A stretch of 64,000 nucleotides of DNA, taken from the NCBI GenBank assembly GCA_963842165.1, contig CAWJFK010000029.1:94308-158307 (forward strand), in the 5' to 3' direction. The notes below the pieces were generated by a model. The model saw only the letters and a program-made list of their open reading frames with translations. It was not told where the DNA came from and searched no databases. Positions 9,062 to 19,505 of the stretch are shown here, one piece after another; position 1 is the first letter of the stretch, and each line of letters starts with the position of its first letter. The position numbers and the translations under genes are program-made. This DNA comes from an uncultured Thermoplasmata archaeon. Lineage in GTDB: Archaea; Thermoplasmatota; Thermoplasmata; Lutacidiplasmatales; UBA184.

Positions 9062-10774
9062 GTGGCACTCGAAGTCGAGTCGTTTTGGGACGTCATTCTG
9101 CTACTGGCCCTCGCGGTCGCGGTGGCGCCCTGGTTCGGTTCCTATCTCGGGCGGGTGTACATGGACCGCCCCCTGCCCGGGGATTTCATCCTCACCCGGA
9201 TCGAGTCGGCCATGTATCGGGTGCTCGGGACCTCCCCTCGACGGCAGATGGCCGCGCGGGAGTACATGGTGGCGCTCCTGCTCGTCAACGGCGGGATGCT
9301 CGCGTTCATGTTCTGGTTCTTCTTCGAGCAGGCGAACCTTCCGTTCAACCCCACCGGCGTGCCGAACATGACGTGGGACCTCGCGTTCCACTCAGCGTCC
9401 AGCTTCACGACCAACACGAATTTCACGCATTTCACGAACGAGTCCCAGGTCAGCCTCGGCTCGCTCGATGTCGCCTGGCAACTGGCCCTCTTCCTGTCGG
9501 CGGCGACGGGCCTCTCGGTCATGGTCGCGATGATCCGGGGCTTCGTTCGAAAGGATGGGACGCTCGGCAACTTCTACGTGGACATGGTCCGCTCGATCAG
9601 CCGGGTCCTCCTTCCGATCGCCCTCCTGGGGGCGTTGGTGCTCGTCGTCCTCGGGGTTCCGGAGACCTGGACCGCGACGGTCATCGCCCACCCCATCACC
9701 GGGGGGACGCAGACCATCTACCTCGGCCCGGTCGCGAGTTGGCAGACGATGTCGCTGCTCGGGTCGAACGGCGGAGGATGGTACGGGGCCAACATGGCCT
9801 CCCCGCTCGCCAACCCCTCGGCGGTATCGAACCTGTTCGCGATCTTCCTCATGCTGCTGATCGCCTTCGCCTCTCCGTTTGCCTTCGCCCAGGTCATTCG
9901 ACGGCGGGCCGAGGCGTGGCCCCTGATGGGCACGGTCTTGATCGTCCTCGTGGTGGCCTTCGGGCTGTTTGTCGCGTTCCAGGCGATGAACAATCCGGCC
10001 CTGGCGAGCTCCGCCGGCCTCGGGCCGCAGACGACCGGATACCCCGTCGGTCAGGAGACGCGGTTCAGCTTGCCCGAGGGCTCGCTGTTCCAGGTCGTGA
10101 GCGTCTACGGCAACGTGGGGGCGAACAACATGGACATCGGGGCCCTCGCGCCCGTCGCCCAGATGGTCCTCCTCTTCGGCATGTTCACGCAGAGCACGCC
10201 CGGAGGGGTCGGCGCAGGGTTCGGCAACCTGCTGCTGTACGCGGTCCTCGCGATCTTTGTCGGCGGCCTGATGGTCGGCCGAACCCCCGAGTACCTCGGG
10301 AAGAAGATCGAGACAGCGCACGTCAAATGGGCCGCGCTCGCCCTCCTGATCCACCCGGCGACCATCCTCATCCCGTTCGTCGTTTCCATCGCGGGAGGAT
10401 ACGTTCTGATCGACGGGAGCACGCTCCCCGCCACGGCCCATAACTTCACGTCCGTCCTCTACGAATTTACCTCGGAATCCGCCAACAACGGGAGCGCCCT
10501 CTCGACGGGGGCGTTCACCGATACCACTCCGTTCTTCAATGTCGCCGGAGCCATCGTGATGCTGGTCGGCCGGTTCGTCCCCTTCTGGGCGATGCTCAAA
10601 GTGGCCGACCTGTTCTCCAAGCAGGACGCGCTCCCACCGAGCAGCGGTACCTTGCGCACCGCGAGCGGGACCTTCACGATCTATCTCGCCCTGTTCCTGG
10701 TCATCGTATCGTCCCTCCTCTTCCTGCCGGTCCTCGCGATGGGACCTCTCGCCCAGATCGTGGGAGGGACCTAG
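9062..10774 (+). CDS. kdpA: Potassium-transporting ATPase subunit A
   Basis: Intact 570-aa polytopic ORF with a typical KdpA N-terminus and selectivity-filter-like repeats. Followed by kdpB and kdpC. Confidence 0.95.
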   Translation: MALEVESFWDVILLLALAVAVAPWFGSYLGRVYMDRPLPGDFILTRIESAMYRVLGTSPRRQMAAREYMVALLLVNGGMLAFMFWFFFEQANLPFNPTGVPNMTWDLAFHSASSFTTNTNFTHFTNESQVSLGSLDVAWQLALFLSAATGLSVMVAMIRGFVRKDGTLGNFYVDMVRSISRVLLPIALLGALVLVVLGVPETWTATVIAHPITGGTQTIYLGPVASWQTMSLLGSNGGGWYGANMASPLANPSAVSNLFAIFLMLLIAFASPFAFAQVIRRRAEAWPLMGTVLIVLVVAFGLFVAFQAMNNPALASSAGLGPQTTGYPVGQETRFSLPEGSLFQVVSVYGNVGANNMDIGALAPVAQMVLLFGMFTQSTPGGVGAGFGNLLLYAVLAIFVGGLMVGRTPEYLGKKIETAHVKWAALALLIHPATILIPFVVSIAGGYVLIDGSTLPATAHNFTSVLYEFTSESANNGSALSTGAFTDTTPFFNVAGAIVMLVGRFVPFWAMLKVADLFSKQDALPPSSGTLRTASGTFTIYLALFLVIVSSLLFLPVLAMGPLAQIVGGT

Positions 10775-10775
10775 A

Positions 10776-12910
10776 GTGACCGCGGTCCGCTCGGCGGCCG
10801 CGGGCGCGCACGTTTCCGTCCGTCGGAGCCCCCACACGTCGCCTCGTCGGGTCCTCGTCGACTCGTTCCGAATGTTCAGCCCGCGTCATCAGTACCGCCA
10901 CCCGGTCATGTTCTGCGTCTACGTGCTGTTCCTTCTCCTGATCGTGCTCACGCTGTTCCCCTCCCTGTTCCCCGATGTCGAGCACAGCTACCACCCGGCC
11001 TACTACCTCGCGGTCACGTTCATTCTCTTCCTCACCCTCTGGTTCGCGAACCTCTCGCAGTCGATCGCCGAGGCGCAGGGTCGAGCGCAGGCCGACAGCC
11101 TCCGGGAGATTCGGAGCGGTATCCGGGCCCGGCAGGTCCTCCCCGACGGCACGGAGCGCTGGGTCGCCTCCGACGTGCTGCGGATCGGGGACACGATGGA
11201 GATCCGCGCGGGGGAACCCGTCCCGATCGACGGGGATGTGATCCACGGGGTCGCGGTCATCGATGAGTCGATGATGACCGGGGAGTCCGAACCGGTCACG
11301 CGGGAGAGCGGGGGCGACAAGACCAGCGTGCTGGGTGGCACGCGCGTCCTCCAGGGCACCGTGCGCGTCCGCGTGAGCGCCGTCCGCGGCGAGTCGTTCC
11401 TCGACCGGCTGATCCGTCTCGTGGAGGGGCAGGGGCGAGAACCGACGCCGAACGAGCTCGCGCTGGGGGTCCTGCTGTACGCGTTCACGATCGCCCTCTT
11501 CATCGTCGTCGTCTCGTTCATCTTCCTGGCCAACTTCACGAGCATCATCGCGATCGACATCGCGACGATCGTCTCGTTGTTCGTGTGCCTCATGCCGACG
11601 ACGATCGGTTCGCTCCTACCGGCAATCGGGATCTCGGGGATCAACCGGGTCGCGAAGGCGAACGTCATCGCGAAATCTGGGAAAGCGGTCGAGGCAGCGG
11701 GCGACCTGGACGTCCTCATTCTCGACAAGACCGGGACGATCACGATCGGCAGCCGCCTCGCCGTCCAGTTCCTGACCGCGCCCGAGGTCCCGATGCCCGA
11801 CCTCCTCGGCGGCGCGCTCCTCTCTGCCGCCGTGGACGACACGCCGGAGGGGCGCTCGATCGTTCACCTCGCGGCCCGTCGGAATGCCCCGGTACGTCGG
11901 CTGGATTCCGGCACCTACAAGGTCCTACCGTTCACCGCCGAGCGCCGGATGAGCGGGATCACCCTGGCCGACGGGACCGAGTACTACAAGGGCTCGGTCC
12001 AGGCCATGTTGGCCTACACCGGGGCGATCCCGCCGGCGGTGCAGGCGCAGGCGGACGACGCGTCGCGGCAGGGGATGACGCCCCTCGTGATCACCGCAAG
12101 CCGGCGGGTCCTCGGCCTCGTCCTCCTGAAGGATGTCGTGAAGCCGGGCATCAAGGACCGGCTGCACGAGCTCAAGACCATGGGCATCCGGACGATCATG
12201 TGCACCGGGGACAACCGTCTGACGGCGGCGGCGATCGCCGAGGAGAGCGGCGTCGACGAGTACATGGCCGAGGCGAAGCCGGAGACGAAGCTCCTGCTCA
12301 TCCAGCGGGAAAAGGCGCAGGGCCGCCTGGTCGCCATGACCGGCGACGGGACGAACGACGCACCGGCCCTCGCCAAGGCCGATGTCGGGCTCGCGATGAA
12401 CAGCGGGACGAGCGCCGCCAAGGAAGCCGGCAACATGGTCGACCTCGACAACGACCCGACCAAGCTCATCGAGATCGTATCGATCGGCAAGCAGCTTCTC
12501 ATCACCCGGGGGGCGCTCACCACCTTCTCGATCACGAACGACGTCGCGAAGTACTTCGCCATCATCCCCGCCCTGTTCATCACGGCCGGCGCGGGTACGC
12601 TCCCCGGGATCACGTTCCTCAACATCATGGGGCTCTCGAACCCCCAGCTGGCCGTCCTCTCCGCCCTCACGTTCAACGCGATCATCATCCCCTTCCTGAT
12701 CCCGCTCGCGCTGGCGGGCGTGCCGTTCCGCCCCGGACCGCGATCGAGCTCCTGCGACGCAACCTGGTCTACTACGGGCTCGGCGGGCTCGTCAGCGCCT
12801 TTGTGGGAATCAAGCTCATCTACCTCCTCCTCGCCTACCTCGGCGGGCTTCCGTTCGTCATGTCGCTCGGGACGGCCGTCGGACACGTTCTCCCACTCGG
12901 AGGATTATGA
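10776..12910 (+). CDS. kdpB: Potassium-transporting P-type ATPase subunit B (C-terminal frame disruption)
   Basis: Motifs DKTGTIT and TGDGTNDAPALA. After ..AGVPFRP the sense frame switches to that of ORF 11585..12910 (..TAIELLRRNLVYYGLGGLVSAFVGIKLIY..). The shift is in the C-run at 12731-12734. Confidence 0.95.
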
Positions 12911-13650
12911 GCGTGGAAGTGCCTCCGCTCGGGACGATGCCCCCGACCCTGCTGCTGGTGACCCCCTCGCCCTCGGAGGCGCTCCCGCCCGTTCCCGCGG
13001 TGGGCTCGGGCGTCCCCACCGGGGGGACGCCGCCGGCGCCCCCGACCCGGAGAAAGGTCCCGCGCGCCCACTCGCTGGCGGTCCACCTTCGGGCGACCGC
13101 CCTCTTCCTCGTGCTCTCCATCCTCCTGTCGGGGTTCGCGTATCCGGCCGTCGTGGTCGCGATCGCCCAGGTGATCGAACCGGACTCGGCGAACGGCTCC
13201 TTGCTGCACTATCCCAACGGCACGGTCGCCGGCTCCGCGCTGATCGCCCAGAACACAAGCGCCCCCTACCTGTTCTGGTCGCGCCCTTCGTTGACCGACT
13301 ACAACACGACCCTCGGAGCCGATACGCCGCCCGGCCCCAGCGACCCGGCGCTGGGACAGCTCATTAACGAGACGTTGAACTACACGCGCGAGTATGGGAA
13401 CTTCACGGTGAACGCGACCCTGCCGTTCTGGTTCGTCGCTCCGTCGGCGTCGTCGATCGACCCCGACCTCACGCCCGAAGCCGTCCTGGTGCAGATCCCC
13501 CGGGTCAGTGAGGCATCGAACCTCTCGATCACCGTTCTCACGTACTTTGTGAACTCGCACATCCAGGACTCCATCGTGCCGTACGTGGGAGTGGCGTACA
13601 TCGACGTGCTCCAGCTCGACCTCGACCTGCTTCCGCTCGAAGGACGGTGA
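12907..13650 (+). CDS. kdpC: Potassium-transporting ATPase subunit C
   Basis: Overlaps the kdpB stop by 4 nt. Has a TM anchor (LRATALFLVLSILLSGFAYP) and the KdpC periplasmic-domain pattern, with a Pro-rich N-terminal extension of about 50 aa. Confidence 0.85.
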   Translation: MSVEVPPLGTMPPTLLLVTPSPSEALPPVPAVGSGVPTGGTPPAPPTRRKVPRAHSLAVHLRATALFLVLSILLSGFAYPAVVVAIAQVIEPDSANGSLLHYPNGTVAGSALIAQNTSAPYLFWSRPSLTDYNTTLGADTPPGPSDPALGQLINETLNYTREYGNFTVNATLPFWFVAPSASSIDPDLTPEAVLVQIPRVSEASNLSITVLTYFVNSHIQDSIVPYVGVAYIDVLQLDLDLLPLEGR

Positions 13651-13653
13651 ACC

Positions 13654-14464
13654 GTGTACAAGCGGATCCTGGTGCCCGTCAAGGAGCCGAGCGAGGTCGA
13701 GCCGATGATCCGATTCGCTTCGAGCCTGCTCGAGGCCGACGGCGAGATCCGGATCCTTCACGTGATCCCGACCACGACCCTTCCCCAGGTCGCCCGCGAG
13801 TGGCGGTCGAGCGTGAACATCGTCATTCCGGCCCACGAGGCCGGAGCGGCGCTGGACGTACGGGTCGAGCCCGAGGTGCGGGCGGCGACCGACGTCCCGG
13901 CGGAGATCCTCGAATGCGCCGAGAGCGAGGACACGGAGGCGATCGTCCTCACGTTGCAGGGCAATCGTCGCAGCCACAACCCGTTCGTCGGCCACACGGC
14001 GAGCGGGATCCTGCACCACGCGAACGCCGACGTGTTCATCGTGAACCGGCTGGCGCTCGCCGCGGATCACGTGCCGCGCGTCCTCGTCCCGTACTTCCAG
14101 GCGACGCCGACCCCGAAGGCGATCCGGATCGCGGAGACGATCTCGCTCCGGAGGGCGAGCGTCCCGGTGATCACGCTCGGCCTCGGCTCCCGGGACCGGA
14201 CCGGGTCCTCGAGCCAGTCCCGCGAGGAGCAGAGCTCGCGGGGGGTTCCCCTCCTTCACCGGTTCGCTCCGGTTTCCGAGGTGATGCTCGGCAGTCGACG
14301 TCGATTGCCCGAGGGTACTCCTCCAGGCGGCCCAGCGCGAGCGGTACGGCCTGCTCCTTGTGGTGGGGGAGGAGGAAGGGGCGACCGGCCCCTTCCTCAC
14401 CCGACGGTTCCTCGAGGAACTGTTCCGGGCGGCGCCCTGCCCCGTGGTCGCGGTCCGCATCTAG
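13654..14464 (+). CDS. Tandem universal stress protein (USP) domain protein (at least two frame disruptions)
   Basis: The first USP domain is intact (MYKRILVPV..HTASGILHHANADVFIV). The end of the second domain is only readable in a third frame (..VLLQAAQRERYGLLLVVGEEEGATGPF..LFRAAPCPVVAVRI*, stop 14462-14464). The 14180-14300 stretch is scrambled. Confidence 0.75.
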
Positions 14465-14475
14465 GCGTTCCTCCG

Positions 14476-15258
14476 ATGGGCGAGCTCGCGTTCGTGGGCC
14501 TTGGCCTGTCGGACGAACGGGGGCTCTCGGAACGACACCTCGACGCCTTGCGACGGGCGGACCGCGTGTTCGCGGAGGAGTACACGGCCCTCGCTCCCCG
14601 CGGGACGCTCGAACGGCTCGCGGCCACGCTCGGGCGCCCGGTCGAGCGCCTCGACCGACCGCTCCTCGAGTCGGAGCGCCCGCTCCTCGAGGCGCTCGCC
14701 GCCCACGGCCACGTCGCGCTCCTGGTCGTGGGGGACCCGTTCGCGGCGACCACCCACGTCGCGCTCCGGCTCGCCGCCGAGCGCGAGGGGCACACCTGGC
14801 GCTACCTTCCGAACGCGAGCATCCTCACGGCCGCGGCCGGCTACCTCGGCCTCATGCACTACCGGTTCGGCCGGACGGTCTCGATACCGTTCCCGGCGCC
14901 GGGGTTCGCCCCCCGCTCCCCGGTGGAGCAGATCGGGGCCAACCGTTCGGCCGGGCTCCACTCCCTCGTGCTCCTCGACCTGCGTCCGGAGGAGGGGCGG
15001 TTCCTCCTCGCGTCGGAGGCCCTGCGGATCCTACGAGAACGGGACCCGGAGGGGAGGGTGGTTACGGGGGAGACCCCGGTCGCGGTCGTGGCCCGGGTCG
15101 GCCGGGACGACGTCGCGGGTTGGTTCGGGCCTCTGGACCGGCTCGCCGCGCTCGATTTCGGGCCGCCGCTGCACGCCCTCGTGGTCCCAGCGGACCTCCA
15201 CTTCGAGGAGGCCGCTGCGCTCGAGCGCTTCCGGGTTCCGCCCCGACCGACCGACTAG
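14476..15258 (+). CDS. dphB: Diphthine synthase
   Basis: Internal ATG of the read-through ORF 13654..15258. MGELAFVGLGLSDERGLS..VFAEEYTA..LVVGDPFAATTH.. is the tetrapyrrole-methylase fold typical of Dph5/DphB; 260 aa. Confidence 0.9.
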   Translation: MGELAFVGLGLSDERGLSERHLDALRRADRVFAEEYTALAPRGTLERLAATLGRPVERLDRPLLESERPLLEALAAHGHVALLVVGDPFAATTHVALRLAAEREGHTWRYLPNASILTAAAGYLGLMHYRFGRTVSIPFPAPGFAPRSPVEQIGANRSAGLHSLVLLDLRPEEGRFLLASEALRILRERDPEGRVVTGETPVAVVARVGRDDVAGWFGPLDRLAALDFGPPLHALVVPADLHFEEAAALERFRVPPRPTD

Positions 15259-15658
15259 GGAGCGGTCCCGCTCGCCGGCGGTCGAAGCGCCTCGGCGAAC
15301 TGACGGATCCGGAACGGCCGGAGCAGGACGACGTCCGGCGGGGGCGAAGCCCCGTTCAGGGCCGGGGGCCGGGACGCGGGGCGACGAGGATCGTGCGGAT
15401 CTTCGGCAGGAGTCCGCGCGCGTCCTTCAGGAGGGAGAGCGGGCTTCCCTCGGCCAGGTTCACGTCGACGACGAGGAGGTAAGGTCGGTGACGCTGGAGC
15501 AGCTCCATCGCCTGGCTGGCCCCCTCGGCTTCGCCGTCCACACGGAAGTGGTGGAGGCGGAGAAGCCCCCGGAGGAGCACGCGCGTCTCCTCGTCGGCGG
15601 CCACGACGATGGCATTGGAGGGAGCGCTGTCCGGTATGTTCGTAAATCCCACTCCCAC
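15255..15658 (-). CDS. Single-domain response regulator receiver (CheY-like; frame-disrupted)
   Basis: ..IVVAADEETRVLLRGLL..YLLVVDVNLAEGSPLSLL..ILVA.. continues in the frame of ORF 15255..15686 as ..ALNGASPPPDVVLLRPFRIRQFAEAL... The shift is in a C/G run at about 15356-15375. Confidence 0.75.
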
Positions 15659-15764
15659 CCGGTGGTCCCGTGTCTAATGGTGGCAAGGCACCGGCTTACC
15701 CAAATAACCGTTGTCCGTGCGCCAAGCCCTTTGCCTCCGGGGCGGAGGGTGGCGCCTGCTCCCT

Positions 15765-17321
15765 TCAGGGGGGCGGCGGCGCGCCACGGGAGCCCCAGTC
15801 CGCTACTCCGGCGGCCCGGAGCAGGGCGTCGAGCGCGTCATGGTATCCGGACGCGGGCGCGTTCAACAGCGCCGTCACCGGGCCTACCAGCGACTGGCCG
15901 AATTCCTGCTCCGTGGGAGTGAACTGCCAGCCGTGCGCGGAGGCCCGCCCGAAGGCGACCAGGAAGGCGAAGGCGAGACCCCGCTCCTTGCCCTCCCGGG
16001 GGAGGGTCTGTAGGATCCCCCGTTCGGCGCCCGCTTCCCGGTGGATTCGGAACGAACGGGCGACGCGGTCGACCCACGCCGCTTCGGGGGAGAGCCGGTC
16101 GTACCGGGGGAGGGCTTCGAGGAGCTCGCGCTCCTCGCCTCGCTTTTGGGCCCGCTTCAGGATCTCCGCGATACGGCCGGGCGCGTCCCGGGCCTCCTGG
16201 AGGGCGCGTCTCGCCTCCGCCCGGTCGTCCGTGATCGCGCCCACGATCTCTTCCGCATGCTGCGGCCAGAGGCGTTCGAGCGCCCGGCTGGCGGCGGGCT
16301 CGTCGACCTCGAAGTAGCCCGAGAAGTCGCCCAGGACGGCTTCCAACGCCCGTCTTTCTACCGGAGTGGGATGAAGACCGTCGAGGAACGCGGGCAACCG
16401 GCTGCCGTAACAGACACCCCCGGCCACGAACGTGGTGCGCCGGGTGGACTCGATCATCGGCCGGACCTCGTCCCGGTAGGCGTCGAGGAGGGCGGCGTCA
16501 GAAAGTCGACCGAACTCGTACTTCTTGCGAAGCGACTTCGGCAGGTCGGGCACCCGCGCATGGACGCATTCGGGACCTCCCTCGCACCGGACGTTCAGCC
16601 GGGCATCGACCGGGAAGGCTTCGGTCGGGTCCGGGCTCGCCGCGCCCTCCGACAGGTGGGAGAGGAGGTGGCGCTCCTCCTTCGCGCATCGGCGGCAGAC
16701 TCGGAACGTGCGCTGGGCCCCGGGCCAATCGACCTCGAGGAACATGCGCGGCTCCCCGGCGGCCAGGTGAACGCAGACGAGGCGTTTTCCCGAGGCATCG
16801 GGGGTCAGTCGGTACGGGAGGTCGGAGATCTTCTCGGCGACGAACTCCGACGGCGGCTCCGGTGAGCGGCCGGTGCACCAGAGGGTTCGTCGCGTCGAGA
16901 AGAAATGGAGGCCCCGACGCGCCCACTCGACATACGCGAGCATGACCCGCGCCGGATCGTCCGACTGCTGGACCGCGACCTCGGCCTCTCGGCTCGCCCG
17001 GGAGAGCGCCGCATAGGAGACCTCGCCGTCGGGGAGGGGGAAGGCGACGACGGTCGGCGTCGTCGGGTCGAGATAGTATCGCAGGAGCCGGCGGTACGCC
17101 CGGGGCAGCGAGTCGCCCCGCTTGGCCAGGCGTTCCAGCCGGTCCGAGTCGTCCCGTTCGGACCGGACCTCCTCGAGGTCCGCGCGCAGGCGGTCGAACC
17201 GGTCGCGGGGCGCGTCCCCCGAAAGGCGGGGGAGGAGGGGGTCGATGGACTCTCGGAGGGCCCGGGCCCGGGCCACGAGGTCGTGCTCGCGAACGCCCGA
17301 TGCCCGCCGAAGCCGCGCCAC
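15765..17321 (-). CDS. Hypothetical protein, 518 aa, with CxxC...Cx5C motif
   Basis: Long intact ORF with a balanced, non-repetitive composition. Cys pairs at CRRCAKEERH and CEGGPECVH. I recognise no family. Confidence 0.7.
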   Translation of the reverse strand: MARLRRASGVREHDLVARARALRESIDPLLPRLSGDAPRDRFDRLRADLEEVRSERDDSDRLERLAKRGDSLPRAYRRLLRYYLDPTTPTVVAFPLPDGEVSYAALSRASREAEVAVQQSDDPARVMLAYVEWARRGLHFFSTRRTLWCTGRSPEPPSEFVAEKISDLPYRLTPDASGKRLVCVHLAAGEPRMFLEVDWPGAQRTFRVCRRCAKEERHLLSHLSEGAASPDPTEAFPVDARLNVRCEGGPECVHARVPDLPKSLRKKYEFGRLSDAALLDAYRDEVRPMIESTRRTTFVAGGVCYGSRLPAFLDGLHPTPVERRALEAVLGDFSGYFEVDEPAASRALERLWPQHAEEIVGAITDDRAEARRALQEARDAPGRIAEILKRAQKRGEERELLEALPRYDRLSPEAAWVDRVARSFRIHREAGAERGILQTLPREGKERGLAFAFLVAFGRASAHGWQFTPTEQEFGQSLVGPVTALLNAPASGYHDALDALLRAAGVADWGSRGAPPPP

Positions 17322-17374
17322 GGTTCCTCACCGGGCGAGCGAGGGGTCCTACATAATCCCGAGCGGGTCCCGGG

Positions 17375-17938
17375 TCAGCGGTGGACCTGTGCCAGGAAGT
17401 GGCGGAAGATATCGCGTCCGCCGTCGGTGTGCTCGACCTCGGGGTGGAACTGGACGCCCCAGATGAGCCGCGTGGGATGGGCCATCGCCTGTACCGGGCA
17501 GGATTTCGAGTGAGCGAGCGTGGACCAGCCGGGGGGCGGCGTGACGACGTGGTCGTTGTGGTTCGCCCAAACCCGCAGGCGATTCGGCAGACCGTCGAAG
17601 AGCGGATGGTCGGTGCGGTCGACCGTGACCTCGACCGCGCCGAACTCGGGGTCGCCGCGCACGACCTGGCCGCCGAAGTGGCGCCCGAGGAACTGGTGGC
17701 CTACACAGATCCCTAGGACCGGTACGTCGAGGGTGTCGATCCAGCCGGCGACCGCTCCCAACGTCGATTGCGTGCCCTCGAGGCTCAACGCTCCCCCGGA
17801 AAGGACGATCGCGTCGGCGTCCAACTCGGGGGCCGGGGTCGTGTTGGGGAGAATGGTCGTCTCGGCGCCGAGGTCCCTCAGGACCCGCCACTCCCGGTGG
17901 GTCCACTGGCCACCGTTGTCGATCACCCGTACTTTCAC
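17375..17938 (-). CDS. guaAA: GMP synthase, glutamine amidotransferase subunit A
   Basis: 187-aa class I GATase (..GICVGHQ.., ..QFHPE..) of the archaeal split-GuaA type. The GTG start overlaps the upstream stop (GTGA). Confidence 0.9.
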   Translation of the reverse strand: MKVRVIDNGGQWTHREWRVLRDLGAETTILPNTTPAPELDADAIVLSGGALSLEGTQSTLGAVAGWIDTLDVPVLGICVGHQFLGRHFGGQVVRGDPEFGAVEVTVDRTDHPLFDGLPNRLRVWANHNDHVVTPPPGWSTLAHSKSCPVQAMAHPTRLIWGVQFHPEVEHTDGGRDIFRHFLAQVHR

Positions 17939-18291
17939 GGACGCTCCCTACCGGGCGACGACTTCTCCGGGTCGCTGCGCTCGGCGGTCTCGAGGCGGTG
18001 GATCGCGGCCGTGAGCTCGCGAATCTCGGAACGCATCTGGAGCATCTCCTCCTCGAACGGGGTGAACCCGGACGGGCTCAGGATCCGGGCGGAGGCGTAG
18101 ATCCCGATGAAGACCGCTCCGACGAGCGCGAGGATGGTCGTGAAGACCAGCGCGAAGACGAACGCGAGCGGGTCTCCGATCGCGGACTGGATGGGGAGGG
18201 TGAACAGGTGCGTGATCTCCGCGAGCTCCACGACGAGCAGCGCGGCGATCAGGACCCCCCATCCGATCAGGACGACGCGGGAGGGTCTCAT
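17935..18291 (-). CDS. Membrane protein with C-terminal coiled coil, hypothetical
   Basis: Internal ATG (MRPSRVVLIGWGVLIAALLVV..), three hydrophobic helices, then ..EEEMLQMRSEIRELTAAIHRLE... ATGA overlap with the upstream gene. Confidence 0.55.
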   Translation of the reverse strand: MRPSRVVLIGWGVLIAALLVVELAEITHLFTLPIQSAIGDPLAFVFALVFTTILALVGAVFIGIYASARILSPSGFTPFEEEMLQMRSEIRELTAAIHRLETAERSDPEKSSPGRERP

Positions 18292-18865
18292 GGGTTGCTC
18301 CCCACGTCGGCGAGCAGGATCTCCCCATCCTGCGGGAGACTCGAGACCGGAACCGTATTGACGCCCGAGCCGAGGCTCGTCCCCGACGTCGTCGTGACGC
18401 TCAGGAGCTGGGGGAGGAGTACCCGGGAGGGGTTCCGACGTAGAACGCGAACGTCCCCTCGTAGTACGCCTGGCTGCCCCCGGACGAGTAGAGCATGGTG
18501 ATGTTGAGCGCGATGGGGTTGGCGGTCGTGTTGAACTGGAACGCGACGAGGTCGGACTGGTTCGTGATCTGGGACCAGTGGAGCGGAGGGCTCGGAAAGC
18601 CACCGGTCCATTCAAACCCGGTGGCGCCCCAGACGGAGATGTGGGTGTAGCGCACGGTCGCCCCCAAGGCCCGTAGATAGAAGGTGGTAAGGTTCGACGT
18701 GGGCGAGTGATCGACGAGGAGGGTCGCCTGCGTGAAGATCGTCCCGGCGGCCGGCGGTCCGTTGGGGGCGAGGACCGGCGTGAGGACGATCAGCAGGACG
18801 AGCAGCACGGCCGTGGCCACGAGGGGGAATGGGAGGTACCGTTGGAACGCCTCTCTCCGGTTCAC
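18288..18865 (-). CDS. Membrane-anchored extracellular protein, hypothetical (frame-disrupted)
   Basis: The GTG overlaps the ubiX stop. Has an N-terminal anchor (LPFPLVATAVLLVLLIVLTPVL) and several N-x-S/T sequons. Past about 18420 the C-terminus reads in another frame (..VLLPQLLSVTTTSGTSLG..ADVGSNP*), whose stop overlaps the next ATG. Confidence 0.5.
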
Positions 18866-19415
18866 GCCCCCTCCGACTTCCAGCCCCGATAGAGCTGGTG
18901 GGGGACCCCCAGCTGGTCGAGCACCTTGCCCGCGAGGTAGGACGTGAGGTCGTCGACCGACCGGGGGTGGAGGTAGTAGGGCGGGGCCGCGTCCAGGACG
19001 ACGACCGCCGAGCTCGCTCAGCGTCGTGAGGTGCCGGAGCAGGAGGGTCGAGAGCGGGGTCTCCCGGGGCACCACCACCAGCCGACGCCGTTCCTTGAGG
19101 TGCACCTGCGCGCTCCGGGTGAGCAGCGTGTCGGCGAGGCCGAGGGCGATGTGGGCGACCGTGTTCCCGGAGCAGGGGACGACGACCATGCCGCGCGTCG
19201 GCCGGGAGCCGCTCGCGATGGGCGCCGCCAGGTCGTCGTCGGAGTAGTGAACGGTCGCATACGCGGTGAGGGCCTCGGGGGCCAGGTCGCACTCCTCCCG
19301 GAGTACCGGCGACCGCCCCCTTCGAGACGACCAGCGCGACCGGTACGTTCGCGGCCCGCATACCCTGGAGGACCGCGATCGCGATCGGGGCGCCGCTGGC
19401 GCCCGATACGCCCAC
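18862..19415 (-). CDS. ubiX: Flavin prenyltransferase UbiX (two frame disruptions)
   Basis: Three frames join: ..VGVSGASGAPIAIAVLQGMRAANVPVALVVSKG / ..SPVLREECDL..GMVVVPCSGNTVAHIALGLADTLLTRSAQVHLKERRRLVVVPRETPLS.. / ..VVVLDAAPPYYLHPRSVDDLTSYLAGKVLDQLG... Shifts at about 19316-19321 (C-run) and about 19005-19012. Start codon is uncertain. Confidence 0.85.
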
Positions 19416-19505
19416 AGACGTACGGTGCTTCGTCTCCCAAGGATGCCCCGGAGTTAAGAGGCTCGAGCGGACTCCGCCGATAAGACGGTTCGCGGGTGGG
19501 ACGAA

